A program made the position numbers and the translations under genes. Below, in pieces: positions 1 to 9,100 of a DNA stretch of 20,000 nt. The number at the start of each line of letters is the position of its first letter. Position 1 is the first letter of the stretch. Below the pieces are notes generated by a model. The model was not told the DNA's origin. It did not search any database and worked only from the letters and a program-made list of their open reading frames with translations. Source of the stretch: an uncultured virus (IMG/VR IMGVR_UViG_3300027820_000030) (Duplodnaviria; Heunggongvirae; Uroviricota; Caudoviricetes); IMG/VR virus record IMGVR_UViG_3300027820_000030; one strand, 5' to 3'.

Positions 1-660
1 GGTGCCCACTTCCAAGCCTTGACGATAACCGTTAATCTCGCCTAATGATGTACAGTCAATATAGTTGACCGCGTTAAACTCAAACGCGTTGAACCCGTTA
101 GCGTCAGTTAAATCGTAAACCTGCGAATTTGCACCGCTTGTGGTGATGTAGTATTGAGTGCCAAAAATAGTGCCCGAGCCACCCACTGGTGAAGTGAACA
201 TGGTGTAGTTGTCATCACTGCAAACAATACCAGAAACACCAAGACCCAAGCCGCGCATATTCATGCCGCCATCGGGAATTTCAATGCTGATTCCTGTGCC
301 GGTTAAGTCAATAATTCCATCAATCACATACATTTTCGTCGGGTCGATTGTGGTGTTCAGGTCAGACGGAGACTGGATAATAACCTCGTTAGCATAGAGC
401 GAGTTTTTGCTTGATGATGAGTTTTGGCTTTCCATCAATACAGAAGATTTACCGGTTATCTCATCAACAGATAAAACAAGCGTCCCGTCGCCGCAAATGC
501 ATTCTACAATGGGCGCGGTGCTATTTTTAAGATTAAACTTATCGACATGAAAGTATCCATCCGCTTTTACTGCTGACTTGCTATCTAGCGTTTTGTAGCG
601 GAACACCTCATAAATTGACTGAACTGACAGGCGATCAAGGTTTAGCGATTGAAATGCCAC
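1..660 (-). CDS. Virion fibre/spike-like protein, N-terminal 220 aa only (runs off the left edge; absent from the ORF track)
   Basis: GTG at 660 with GAGGTG RBS, and the frame is open to base 1 (MAFQSLNLDRLSVQSIYEVFRYKTLDSKSAVKADGYF...). G/S/T/N-rich beta-type sequence downstream of the gp4-like gene. Confidence 0.75.
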   Translation of the reverse strand, partial: MAFQSLNLDRLSVQSIYEVFRYKTLDSKSAVKADGYFHVDKFNLKNSTAPIVECICGDGTLVLSVDEITGKSSVLMESQNSSSSKNSLYANEVIIQSPSDLNTTIDPTKMYVIDGIIDLTGTGISIEIPDGGMNMRGLGLGVSGIVCSDDNYTMFTSPVGGSGTIFGTQYYITTSGANSQVYDLTDANGFNAFEFNAVNYIDCTSLGEINGYRQGLEVGT

Positions 661-661
661 G

Positions 662-1345
662 TTAACACCTCTCTACATAGTAGTAGTAAACATTGGTTTT
701 TGTGTATCCTGCCGAGTCAGTGGCTTTTATGCAAAGCTTGTGCTGGCCCAACTTGTTAAACGTAGCAACTACCGACGACGTGCTATCTGTCATAGTTTCG
801 CCTGACAGGGTGAATTCAGCATCATAGGTAACACTTGCCAGTGTTCGACCTTCAAGCCAATTCGACCAATCAACACTGATAGGCATAACCTGCTCAAACG
901 TAACGCGCTGCGCATCACCGCGAACGGGCGTGTTGTAGAAATGATTATCCAATACGGGCCATTCTGTACCGCTACCCATAGGCAGGGTTTCAGGATATTG
1001 AGACGGTGCGACTTCTACAGTCATGCGCTCTAACGACCTTTCTCCCTCTGCCGCTAATTGCAGTAGTGACGGGTCGCCTTGCTTACCGTAAAGCACAGCC
1101 AAAGACTTAGCGACAATCTTTTTCACCGGCCCTGCAAAATTAGCCGTTAACCCTGAGTCGTCAGACGCTAGGCTTTGTCCGTATGATTCAGGCTGGTAAT
1201 AACCAACATCTAAATCAAGCTCGCCCATGCAATCATCAAGGATTTGCAAGCTGATAGAAATCTCATCACCTGTCGGGGTGACTGTTATGCCGCTAATGCG
1301 TATCCATGCCAAAGCACCGTTGACAATATCACCCTTGGTTATCAT
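662..1345 (-). CDS. P22 gp4-like head-to-tail adaptor (DNA stabilisation protein) with a C-terminal extension
   Basis: TKGDIVNGAL and YPETLPMGSG match P22 gp4 motifs as I recall them (TKGDLVRAAL, YPSRMPTGSG); the gene lies just after the coat gene. Confidence 0.85.
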   Translation of the reverse strand: MITKGDIVNGALAWIRISGITVTPTGDEISISLQILDDCMGELDLDVGYYQPESYGQSLASDDSGLTANFAGPVKKIVAKSLAVLYGKQGDPSLLQLAAEGERSLERMTVEVAPSQYPETLPMGSGTEWPVLDNHFYNTPVRGDAQRVTFEQVMPISVDWSNWLEGRTLASVTYDAEFTLSGETMTDSTSSVVATFNKLGQHKLCIKATDSAGYTKTNVYYYYVERC

Positions 1346-1505
1346 CTGTTTTCGCCTTACGTGGTGCGCGTTTTGGCTTTGAGTCTTTCGCGCTTTCTGC
1401 GGTAGTGGTGAAGCCTAGCGCGATGAATGATTCCAACTGAGCAGGCTTGATGACAGCCTGTAGAAGTTCGTCATCGTGCTTAATAAATACGGTTTGATGT
1501 GACAT
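1329..1505 (-). CDS. Small protein between coat and gp4 (58 aa, basic C-terminal tail)
   Basis: ATG at 1505 with GGAG RBS (MSHQTVFIK...); occupies the same slot as the small ORF after the coat gene in P22-like phages. Confidence 0.7.
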   Translation of the reverse strand: MSHQTVFIKHDDELLQAVIKPAQLESFIALGFTTTAESAKDSKPKRAPRKAKTDDNQG

Positions 1506-1518
1506 TTTACGCTCCAAT

Positions 1519-1545
1519 AAAAAAAGGGGCCGTAGTAGCCCCTTT
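1519..1545 (-). terminator. Rho-independent terminator after the coat gene
   Basis: Minus strand AAAGGGGC-TACTACG-GCCCCTTT continuing into a T-run. Confidence 0.9.
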
Positions 1546-1561
1546 AGTATACCGATAACGG

Positions 1562-2839
1562 TTATGCTTGTCCAAACAACTGCTGGCCCCAGAATGGGTT
1601 GAAGCAGGCGAAGGTCGGCAACACGTCGAAACGGTAGCGGTTTTTGTTAGCAACACCGTCGCTGAACTTGTGAACACGGATTGAAACGCCTTTGTGATTC
1701 ACAATCATTGAGTCAGTTGCGTGCAGCTTAGGCAGCACAACTGAACCCATGCCAACGAAGCCTTCATGGTACGCAAGCGCCGGACGATAGGTAGTTGATA
1801 CAGTACCATCAATCACAATCGCGTCACCAGAAGTCAGCGCAGACGCTACGGTATTGAACGCACCATTTACACCAGTCTCATAGATAGCCGCACCAGATAC
1901 GCTGATAGTAGCATTACCTGAGCCGTCAGCAGTCGCATCCTCAAGCACAGTCAGTGAAATTGGAACCGGAGCGCCACCTTTCATGATTGTCTTGCGGTTA
2001 CGCATGTTAACGATGTTGCGACCAGTGATTTTGATGTTCGTACCAGCAGTGATGGTGCCGGTAGTCGCAGTCAAACCAGTGATAGACAGCGTCATGCGAT
2101 ACGTGTCTTTGTAGCCGGTGTAAGTTGCGCTAGGCGTAGCAGCCAAAGTGATACCAGTCAGGTCATTACCTAAAGTGATTTCAGGCAAGTTGTTGCTGGT
2201 CAATACTTGGTTAAAGCCTGCAAAGCGCTCACGTACAACCGCGCCAGCCCATGCTTCATTCACATTAGGGTTAACGCCCAATGAAGTCTGAACGTCAGCC
2301 AATGCTACTTGGTCATAGTTAGACAGTGCGGCATACATCTTACCAGCAGGTACGCCGATTTCCTTGAACAATGCGCCAGCTTCTGCAACATGCGCCCACT
2401 GGTCAATAGCTTGGTCAGGGTCGCCGGTTTTAAGTGCAGCATTCTTAACCATGAATGAAGCAAGCTCTGATTCAAGCTCAATAACCAAATCCTCAGCGGC
2501 TGGTTTGATAAGCTCGTCAAGCTGGTCAGCTTCAAGCGCTTCTTCAACCTGGGTGTTTTCCAAGTACACAGTAGCGTAGTTAGACACTTCTGCCTGCACT
2601 TTACCAACGCGGATAGGGTTAGCAGACGCAGAAGACATATCACCGTCAGTGGTGCGCTGTGGCACGTACTGAGCGGGACGCTTCATTGCCACCTGACCGT
2701 AATCGCCATCAGTTGACGGGTCAAAGTCATTAACCAGCTGCTTTGATACGGTATTCATTAAGACAGTAGAAGACTCCATGCCTTTAACGAATGATTTCAA
2801 CAATTTCTTGTTGACGTTACTTTGATAATCATTAGCCAT
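1562..2839 (-). CDS. Major capsid protein, P22 coat (gp5) family
   Basis: 425 aa; MAN start and C-terminal NRYRFDVLPTFACFNP motif; follows the scaffold gene and precedes a terminator. Confidence 0.92.
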   Translation of the reverse strand: MANDYQSNVNKKLLKSFVKGMESSTVLMNTVSKQLVNDFDPSTDGDYGQVAMKRPAQYVPQRTTDGDMSSASANPIRVGKVQAEVSNYATVYLENTQVEEALEADQLDELIKPAAEDLVIELESELASFMVKNAALKTGDPDQAIDQWAHVAEAGALFKEIGVPAGKMYAALSNYDQVALADVQTSLGVNPNVNEAWAGAVVRERFAGFNQVLTSNNLPEITLGNDLTGITLAATPSATYTGYKDTYRMTLSITGLTATTGTITAGTNIKITGRNIVNMRNRKTIMKGGAPVPISLTVLEDATADGSGNATISVSGAAIYETGVNGAFNTVASALTSGDAIVIDGTVSTTYRPALAYHEGFVGMGSVVLPKLHATDSMIVNHKGVSIRVHKFSDGVANKNRYRFDVLPTFACFNPFWGQQLFGQA

Positions 2840-2850
2840 GATAATTCACC

Positions 2851-3648
2851 TTACAAAAATTCAAGCTTCCCGTATGTTTTCTCGAATTCATCAACTTCGA
2901 GCGCACCGCCGCCTTTTAAGTCAGGTTGCGGATCGGGAGCCTTAGACACTTTAGGCGTTTTAGATAAAGCCTTAGCTTTAATGTCAGTCGCAATTTTTAC
3001 ACTGGCTTCGAGTGGCGACATAGATAGCACTTCATACATTTCAGCGGGGTTATCCGCTAAGTACGTAATAACCTGTGGGCCGTTGGCATCCTTCATTAAG
3101 TGTGCCGCTAACTCTTGGCTAATACCGTGCTGATTAATTACCTGCTCTGCGCCGCGCAACTTATCAAGGTCTACGCCTGAACGCTGTGCGTTTTCAACGT
3201 ACTTGTTAAGTATTTGCGATTGCTCATCTTGCTGACTTTTCTGCTGCGCCTGCTTTTGTTGGCCTTCATAAAAAGACTTAGCTTTAACTTCCGCGACCTG
3301 CTCAGCATACGAAGCCATATCACTATGGTACTTGCGCATTGCTTCCTCATCGTACATATCAGACGGAAACTCAGGGCGTTTGATTTCGCTAATTTCCTGT
3401 TGAACCTGCTGCGGCTGTTGATTGCCTTGCTCAAGTTCTGCCAGTCGTTTAGCTAATTCGTCACGCTCGCGCTCTGCCTGATAGCGTTTTGCAGTAATGT
3501 CGTTAAATCGCTTTTGAATGCCGTTTTGTTTCTCTTCGTGGTTTTCTCCACTATCCGGTGATGAATCGGCGGGTTCATTTAACTGTTCAGGCTCGTGGAT
3601 TTCCGTTTCATCTACGTCCTGCTCAATCTCATGGTTTGCATCTGTCAT
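2851..3648 (-). CDS. Capsid scaffolding protein (265 aa; likely start 3648, not 3954)
   Basis: AAGGTG RBS before MTDANHEIEQ; acidic N-terminus, coiled coil (QKRFNDITAKRYQAERERDEL), C-terminal SKAPDP; directly upstream of the coat gene. Confidence 0.85.
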   Translation of the reverse strand: MTDANHEIEQDVDETEIHEPEQLNEPADSSPDSGENHEEKQNGIQKRFNDITAKRYQAERERDELAKRLAELEQGNQQPQQVQQEISEIKRPEFPSDMYDEEAMRKYHSDMASYAEQVAEVKAKSFYEGQQKQAQQKSQQDEQSQILNKYVENAQRSGVDLDKLRGAEQVINQHGISQELAAHLMKDANGPQVITYLADNPAEMYEVLSMSPLEASVKIATDIKAKALSKTPKVSKAPDPQPDLKGGGALEVDEFEKTYGKLEFL

Positions 3649-3701
3649 ATTGTAAGCACCTTTTGGTGAATTAAAGCCGTGTAAATGACACGTGGCATGT
3701 G

Positions 3702-3729
3702 TTGACATTCTAATCCTACCAGTGATAAT
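3702..3729 (+). promoter_or_regulatory. Sigma70-like promoter for the inverted cassette
   Basis: TTGACA-N16-GATAAT about 40 nt upstream of the GntR ORF. Confidence 0.55.
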
Positions 3730-3736
3730 CTGACAA
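3707..3736 (-). promoter_or_regulatory. Sigma70-like promoter for scaffold/coat
   Basis: Minus strand TTGTCA-N18-TAGAAT, overlapping the divergent + strand promoter. Confidence 0.5.
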
Positions 3737-3766
3737 AAATAACGGGTATGATAAGGTGAACTGGTA

Positions 3767-4009
3767 ATGCCATATGTAGCAACAAAGCGAAGCAGTAGAG
3801 AAGAGTTAACAAAGCTAATCAGATTGATACGCGACAAGTTTGAATTAAAGGTCGGCGACCAATTGCCCGACCAGCGCGGCGCATCTGAACTTGTGGGCGT
3901 GTCTAGAACAAAGTATCGCGAGGCAATAGTAAGCCTTACGTTTGCTGGATACATTGAATGCTTTCAGGGTAAGCCGTCTGTTGTTATTAAAGATATGAGG
4001 GATATATGA
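3767..4009 (+). CDS. Stand-alone GntR-type winged helix-turn-helix protein
   Basis: LKVGDQLPDQRGASELVGVSRTKYREAIVSLTFAGYI fits the GntR HTH pattern (GxxLP...GVSRxxxREAxxxL..G.I); AAGGTG RBS; no effector domain. Confidence 0.85.
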   Translation: MPYVATKRSSREELTKLIRLIRDKFELKVGDQLPDQRGASELVGVSRTKYREAIVSLTFAGYIECFQGKPSVVIKDMRDI

Positions 4010-4230
4010 AAAAATCCAAACTAGCACAATCCATCGACATCAAGCGCGAACACGATACTACTGTGGCGAACGTTCAAGACGCAATGAAGAAAATGATTCT
4101 GGCTATCGAAAACCAGGATGAGGAATTAATGGGCGAACTCGTAAAGCAGTACGGCGAACAAACTGTTAGAGCGCTGGGTAATAAGCTTGTCGAGCGCGGG
4201 CTATTGGGAAGGGCTGAGTATGGGCATTAA
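4006..4230 (+). CDS. Hypothetical protein (74 aa, helical)
   Basis: GAGGG RBS; ATGA overlap with the GntR gene. Confidence 0.75.
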   Translation: MKKSKLAQSIDIKREHDTTVANVQDAMKKMILAIENQDEELMGELVKQYGEQTVRALGNKLVERGLLGRAEYGH

Positions 4231-4528
4231 TCGTGGCACGGGCAGGACTACCAAGCAAATGATTAACGCCAAGAATGGCGCTGTATTCGCGTGGCCCAAC
4301 CATCACCTGCAATACCCTAGAATGCTGGCTGAACGCATAGGGAGAGCCGACCTCAAAATAGCGTCAGCCACGAGCGTTTTTGCACGAGACAATTGGCGTG
4401 GGAACATGGATATAGTCGTTGACCACGCTTGCTATTATTTATGCAACCCAGCGACCCTTGAATCAATAAACGAATACTTCAATTGGCGCAGACATAAGCT
4501 CAACAGCGAAGGCTTCAATAATGATTAA
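4220..4528 (+). CDS. Hypothetical protein with a degenerate P-loop-like N-terminus (102 aa)
   Basis: ATG at 4220; RGTGRTT resembles Walker A and IVVDHA resembles Walker B; overlaps both neighbours. Confidence 0.7.
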   Translation: MGINRGTGRTTKQMINAKNGAVFAWPNHHLQYPRMLAERIGRADLKIASATSVFARDNWRGNMDIVVDHACYYLCNPATLESINEYFNWRRHKLNSEGFNND

Positions 4529-4682
4529 CTGGCAACAACTAGCAACGCCGCCCGAAGTAATGGGCAACATGATAGCTGAGGCTATCGCGTGGGCGCAGAT
4601 GGATTTAGCTTACGACAGAATCAGCTACTCTGAGTTCCTGTTTGCGCTAGATGAAATTTTTGAATGTTTGGAGGAATGGTGA
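4521..4682 (+). CDS. Hypothetical acidic protein (53 aa; not in the ORF track)
   Basis: MINWQQLATPPEVMGNMIAEAIAW...FECLEEW*; overlaps the upstream stop and joins the next gene by TGATG. Confidence 0.65.
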   Translation: MINWQQLATPPEVMGNMIAEAIAWAQMDLAYDRISYSEFLFALDEIFECLEEW

Positions 4683-4909
4683 TGAATGAATTTATGCTTG
4701 AGTTGGTGTTTGGCTTGATTTGGTATTTATTGACAGGTTTTTGGTGTAGAAAGTTGGTAATGAATTACGGCACGAAAAAAGAGATTCCTATGGATTTTAT
4801 ACCATCCATCTGCTTTGTTCTGCTGTGGGCTTTGGTAGTGCCGCTAATTGTGCCAATAATGGCAGGGATTGACGATGCGTTTAAGAAGGTGAAGGAAGGG
4901 GTTTTGTGA
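4682..4909 (+). CDS. Small membrane protein with two predicted TM helices (75 aa)
   Basis: GGAGG RBS, TGATG coupling, two hydrophobic stretches. Confidence 0.7.
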   Translation: MNEFMLELVFGLIWYLLTGFWCRKLVMNYGTKKEIPMDFIPSICFVLLWALVVPLIVPIMAGIDDAFKKVKEGVL

Positions 4910-5004
4910 TGGATAAGGACCAAAAAGTAATCGCCTGCTTGATAGCGGTGAATGTAGGTTTTATTGTTTTTGTGCTGTTTACGGCTTTGTTGGGGTTAAA
5001 ATGA
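4909..5004 (+). CDS. Single-TM peptide (31 aa; not in the ORF track)
   Basis: MDKDQKVIACLIAVNVGFIVFVLFTALLGLK*; TGATG overlap upstream and ATGA overlap downstream. Confidence 0.6.
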   Translation: MDKDQKVIACLIAVNVGFIVFVLFTALLGLK

Positions 5005-5192
5005 AACCACACATAAAGAAAGTTAATGGGGTTTGGGAGTGTAGAGGTGAAATTTACACTGGACGCGCAGAAACCCCAAAGCTTGCGTTGTATAACCACT
5101 GCCTATGCATCCAAGTTTACCCAACGGCCATTGTCAGTGATATTGAAAAGGTTATTGACTGCTGGCATAAGCGGAATAACAGAAGGGGCTAA
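5001..5192 (+). CDS. Hypothetical protein (63 aa)
   Basis: ATGA coupling; last gene of the inverted cassette. Confidence 0.7.
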   Translation: MKPHIKKVNGVWECRGEIYTGRAETPKLALYNHCLCIQVYPTAIVSDIEKVIDCWHKRNNRRG

Positions 5193-5201
5193 CTAGCCCC
5201 T
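5184..5201. terminator. Hairpin between convergent genes, probable terminator
   Basis: AGGGGCT-AACT-AGCCCCT overlaps both stop codons; only a weak U-tract (TTCTGTTATT) on the minus strand. Confidence 0.55.
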
Positions 5202-7236
5202 ACTGCAATCCTGTTAACTTACGCGCATTCTCAATGCGCTTACTAACTGTGTCAGTGTTTTTATTCACTATGTCAGCGCTGGCCTTCTGCGCATCAATCG
5301 TAACCTTCTGGCGTTTGGTTTCTGCATCAAACGCCTTAACCTGGACCTCTGCCTGTTTCGTCAGCGCGTCAGCTTGGTCAGCCTTGGCTTTCTCCATCTC
5401 AGCCATTGCCAGCAGCGTATTAGCGTCTGGTTGTTGATTCTGAGCAGCGGCTTGCATTTGCTGTTTCTCTTCGTCTGTCATTTCATCAAACGGAATCAAG
5501 CCTTGTTGCAACATCTGCGAGCGGCGACGTTTAGAAATGATATCCATATAAGGCGCATCAACAGACTTAGCCATAATATCACCAGCCATAGCCATCCACG
5601 TTGGGTCAGTCTTAGCCAGCTCAATAAGCGCATCACGGGCAGCTTCAAGACGGTTGCTGAATGCAGGTCCAGTATCACAGTAAACCTGATAGCGACCTTG
5701 TGACAGGTCATTTAATACCACCATTTGCTGCGTCTGCGTGTCGTAAATCTCTTCGTTTAACACAACCTCTTCTTCGGTTCCATCCATGTTGAGAATGGTA
5801 AACTGTCTGCGAGTATCGTAGATAACCGGAATGGCTTCGCTCAATATCTCACCGGTGCGCTTAATGCCTTTAGCCAATGCGTTAACCCATTTGCGGGTTG
5901 TAGACATGCCGCGGTCAATCTGCATACGTAGCGCTTCTTCACTCATGCGTCCTGCATACTGCCCATTCATCGCATTGTTAACGCCAGCAGTCACCAGCAG
6001 GCCCATAGCCATTTCTTGCGCCGTATTGGTTAAATGCGGGTTAGGTGTCGCGCCTTGTGTTTCGTATGGCGGCGAAGCTTCACCGTCTGGATTGTAGAAC
6101 TGAACAGGGTCGTTATTCGTGTTCATTGTCGCAAGCTTCTTCTCGTGACCTTTAGCTTGCTTAGGTGTCATCATTAGCTTCTTCTTAGGAGCCAACGCGC
6201 CCTCTTCAATCTCACGCGAGCGGGCATAGTTCAGGACGCGGTTATAGTCCATCATCTTCATTGTGATGCCTGAACAAATGCGCTTAGACGTAGAGCCCAC
6301 TACTTCATAGTTGCCATACACAGTAACAACAGGGTTTGACCTGAACGCGGTTTCCTTCTCTTTGCTTAACCAGCCTTTACCGTCCATCATGCGGTAACAG
6401 AATTTACTGTCTTCGATTTCTTTCGTTTTGGCTACGGTTATTCCGCGCTGCGCCAACTCATCAACGACTCTCATGAACTTGTCGTCAATCTCATAGACTG
6501 AGCCGTTAGTCATTAATGCAACCTTGGTTTTAACCGGCTTGCGATAGTACTTGGTCGCAATGACAATAACTTCAGCCTCGTAATCGCTGAACTGGTCGTA
6601 AGTATGCGCGTCATCAATACTCACGCACGAGCCTTCGGGCCACTTCTCTTTGTATTCTTCCGGTGACAAGGAGTGCAACACATAGGTGCAGTCAGCATCT
6701 GAATTATCAGGCTGTGTGGCTGTAGGGTCTGTCCAAATACGATTAACAGCGTTTGGTATGGCCTCGATGCACAAGTCTTGCTCAAACGACCATGGGTGTG
6801 TGTATTTGTTCTTAACTATCCAGGCATCAAAACCACGACGCAAAATACGGCGGCCAGCATCACGATAAATATCGGTCGCGCCACTCATATTCTCAATCAT
6901 GCGAATCATGCCTTCACGCAAGTCAGCAAGGTCACGACTCGCACCGTCAGACATTGGTCTTACGTTAATGGCAAAATCCATATCTTCGATTTCACCGGCG
7001 ATAAATTCAATAGCTGGCGTGGTCTGGTCAAACGTATATCGCGGCCTGCGGTTGCTGTCCATCTGACGGGCTACATGCTCTTCCCATTGCCCATCCTTAT
7101 CAAGCACAAACGCATCCTGTTCACGCATTAATTCCCGCATGTCGCGGTCTGCGTCTTGATACGCGCCTAATTCCTGTAGCGATGCGAGAAACTCACCATC
7201 TCTATCTTCTGCGCCTTTCTTACGTTTGTATGCCAT
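5200..7236 (-). CDS. Portal protein, P22 gp1-like
   Basis: About 678 aa directly after terL; GQWE...RPRYTFD and TGPAFSNR motifs; C-terminal coiled coil. Start is probably ATG 7236 (alternative GTG 7248). Confidence 0.92.
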   Translation of the reverse strand: MAYKRKKGAEDRDGEFLASLQELGAYQDADRDMRELMREQDAFVLDKDGQWEEHVARQMDSNRRPRYTFDQTTPAIEFIAGEIEDMDFAINVRPMSDGASRDLADLREGMIRMIENMSGATDIYRDAGRRILRRGFDAWIVKNKYTHPWSFEQDLCIEAIPNAVNRIWTDPTATQPDNSDADCTYVLHSLSPEEYKEKWPEGSCVSIDDAHTYDQFSDYEAEVIVIATKYYRKPVKTKVALMTNGSVYEIDDKFMRVVDELAQRGITVAKTKEIEDSKFCYRMMDGKGWLSKEKETAFRSNPVVTVYGNYEVVGSTSKRICSGITMKMMDYNRVLNYARSREIEEGALAPKKKLMMTPKQAKGHEKKLATMNTNNDPVQFYNPDGEASPPYETQGATPNPHLTNTAQEMAMGLLVTAGVNNAMNGQYAGRMSEEALRMQIDRGMSTTRKWVNALAKGIKRTGEILSEAIPVIYDTRRQFTILNMDGTEEEVVLNEEIYDTQTQQMVVLNDLSQGRYQVYCDTGPAFSNRLEAARDALIELAKTDPTWMAMAGDIMAKSVDAPYMDIISKRRRSQMLQQGLIPFDEMTDEEKQQMQAAAQNQQPDANTLLAMAEMEKAKADQADALTKQAEVQVKAFDAETKRQKVTIDAQKASADIVNKNTDTVSKRIENARKLTGLQ

Positions 7237-7247
7237 GCTATTTCTCA

Positions 7248-8687
7248 CTAGTAAAATGAGTCGAATTCGATTTCAACACTTTCTGACTTGCCTATTTTGT
7301 TAGCCTGCACCGCGTGCCTGCGCATCATGTACGCATAACGGATAGCGTCAAGCAAATCATCGTTCACCTTAACTATCTTGCCGTTGTCGTCACGGTGGTA
7401 CTGTAAAAACTCATCAAAAACATCAGATAGGTTATCGAATATCTTGAATTTACCCAATTCTATCAGATTATACAATTCTACCAAACCTTGTTCTACACTG
7501 GTCGCGCCGCCCTTGGCAGACGTACCCCATGTGGCGTGCTCGTGCAGCATATTCCAACCAGCATCCTCGTAGTATGATTTCTGCTGATTACCTGTGCCTT
7601 TTTCAGTTTGGAACCCGTCAGCAGGCCATGCCGTTGGTGCATCTTTTGCCCATGATTTTACCTGCTGCCATGCTTGATACGGCTGCTGCTTCGACTTCTT
7701 CCATGCCCTAGCCACATAAAACACATCATTGTCTTTATCCCACCATAATTGTATATGCGCTTGCGGGTGGTCCCAGCCAAAATCCATTCCATCGATAACC
7801 CACCAATGAGCAGGGATGTCGAACGGCTTTTCGGAACACAAACTCTTAACGTCAAGGTCGAATATCAACCCAGCGCCTAACAATGGTATACCTTTAGTAC
7901 GCATATCACGCTGCCATGCTGGGAACATGGCCAGTAATGTTTGTTTGGTTTCATCCGTTAAGTGCTGAGCATCATCCCATGTTGCACGCTGAATGTACTG
8001 TCCTGGCTCTGGGTTGTCCATGAATTGAACGACCAACTCAGTGCGCCCATTCTCAGGTGTGAATGTAAGTATGCCTCTGCCGCCATTGCCTTTGTCGCCG
8101 GTAGCGGTACGGGTTAATACCTGCGGGTATATAAACCGGTCCTTCGGCTCTTCGTCGATGTGATACCAGTCAACAGAGTCACCCATCAAAGCATGTTGCC
8201 CCTGTGAGTATGACCAAAACTGACAACGTGAAACGCCACCAGATTTATGCTTAACCTTTACCTCGCGAACGCATCGCGGAGTGCCCATCATCGGGATGGC
8301 GTCTACAATCCTTTCTTTTGGAATTATACCGCCTTCTAATTCTCCACCTGAATATGAGCCGAATATTGGTTGTTGTAAGATGTCACGTATCTTGTCGCCT
8401 GAATAACCTAGTATCCAGACTAGCGGGGGATGCTTAAATCTGTGCCCTTCCCAATCTTCTGGATAGTCGCCGGTCAAATGCACAGCGTCAACAAAACAAC
8501 CCGTATAAGACTTTCCTACTCGGTTGGCCGCCATTAAACATGATGCAATATTATCGCGAGTGGCGTTTACAAACTTCTTTTGCCACCCGTAAAGAGTGCG
8601 CCAAGTGTCAGCAATCTTGTTAAGCCGTGAAATCTCTTTCTTAGCTTCAAGCAATGCTAACAGTTTAAGCTTCTCTTCATGCGTCAT
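7248..8687 (-). CDS. terL: Terminase large subunit, P22 gp2-like
   Basis: Walker A AANRVGKS, Walker B WYHIDEEP, LTFTP coupling motif, nuclease motifs GMDFGWDHP and DDLLDAIRYA. Confidence 0.95.
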   Translation of the reverse strand: MTHEEKLKLLALLEAKKEISRLNKIADTWRTLYGWQKKFVNATRDNIASCLMAANRVGKSYTGCFVDAVHLTGDYPEDWEGHRFKHPPLVWILGYSGDKIRDILQQPIFGSYSGGELEGGIIPKERIVDAIPMMGTPRCVREVKVKHKSGGVSRCQFWSYSQGQHALMGDSVDWYHIDEEPKDRFIYPQVLTRTATGDKGNGGRGILTFTPENGRTELVVQFMDNPEPGQYIQRATWDDAQHLTDETKQTLLAMFPAWQRDMRTKGIPLLGAGLIFDLDVKSLCSEKPFDIPAHWWVIDGMDFGWDHPQAHIQLWWDKDNDVFYVARAWKKSKQQPYQAWQQVKSWAKDAPTAWPADGFQTEKGTGNQQKSYYEDAGWNMLHEHATWGTSAKGGATSVEQGLVELYNLIELGKFKIFDNLSDVFDEFLQYHRDDNGKIVKVNDDLLDAIRYAYMMRRHAVQANKIGKSESVEIEFDSFY

Positions 8688-9097
8688 AGTTTGTCAGGGT
8701 CCACGCCTAAGTCCCGCAGCTTTGCGTCAACTTCTTCTGGCGTTAGTTGTGGGTAGGTGTGATTAAGGTCTTGCTTGTCTTGCCACCCCATGTTTTTAAG
8801 TGCGAAAATAGAGCCTGTACAACCAGGGAAATGCAAGTTCCCTTCGTACTCCATTTCAACACGAAGCCGCGCTCTTTTTATTATGCAAGAAAACTCTTTC
8901 CTTTTCTCATAATCATAAAGGCTTTGCCGGTCAGCGAAACCTAAATGATTAGCCAGTCCTGACATCGTTACAATCGGAATATCAACAGTCCCGCCATTGG
9001 CTGAAATCGTTCTAGTTGGTGGCGAATCAAAATAAGCATCAACCGCTTCTTGCAATTCTTCTGGCGTTTCAAATGCCAGCGGCCTTCCTCCCGCCAT
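8684..9097 (-). CDS. terS: Terminase small subunit (P22 gp3-like DNA-packaging protein)
   Basis: GRPLAFETPEELQEAVDAYF, TMSGLANHLGF and IFALKNMGWQDK motifs; overlaps the terL start. Confidence 0.9.
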   Translation of the reverse strand: MAGGRPLAFETPEELQEAVDAYFDSPPTRTISANGGTVDIPIVTMSGLANHLGFADRQSLYDYEKRKEFSCIIKRARLRVEMEYEGNLHFPGCTGSIFALKNMGWQDKQDLNHTYPQLTPEEVDAKLRDLGVDPDKL

Positions 9098-9100
9098 ATA

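Noticed and set aside
3649..3954. N-terminal extension of the scaffold ORF (367 aa in the track)
   Set aside because: It overlaps the GntR gene on the other strand and the promoter region; RBS and composition point to ATG 3648.
7242..7248. GTGAGAA at the portal initiation region matches the C4-like RNA loop UUCUCAC
   Set aside because: About one 7-mer match is expected by chance per strand in 20 kb, and there is no adjacent GTAAGT partner site.
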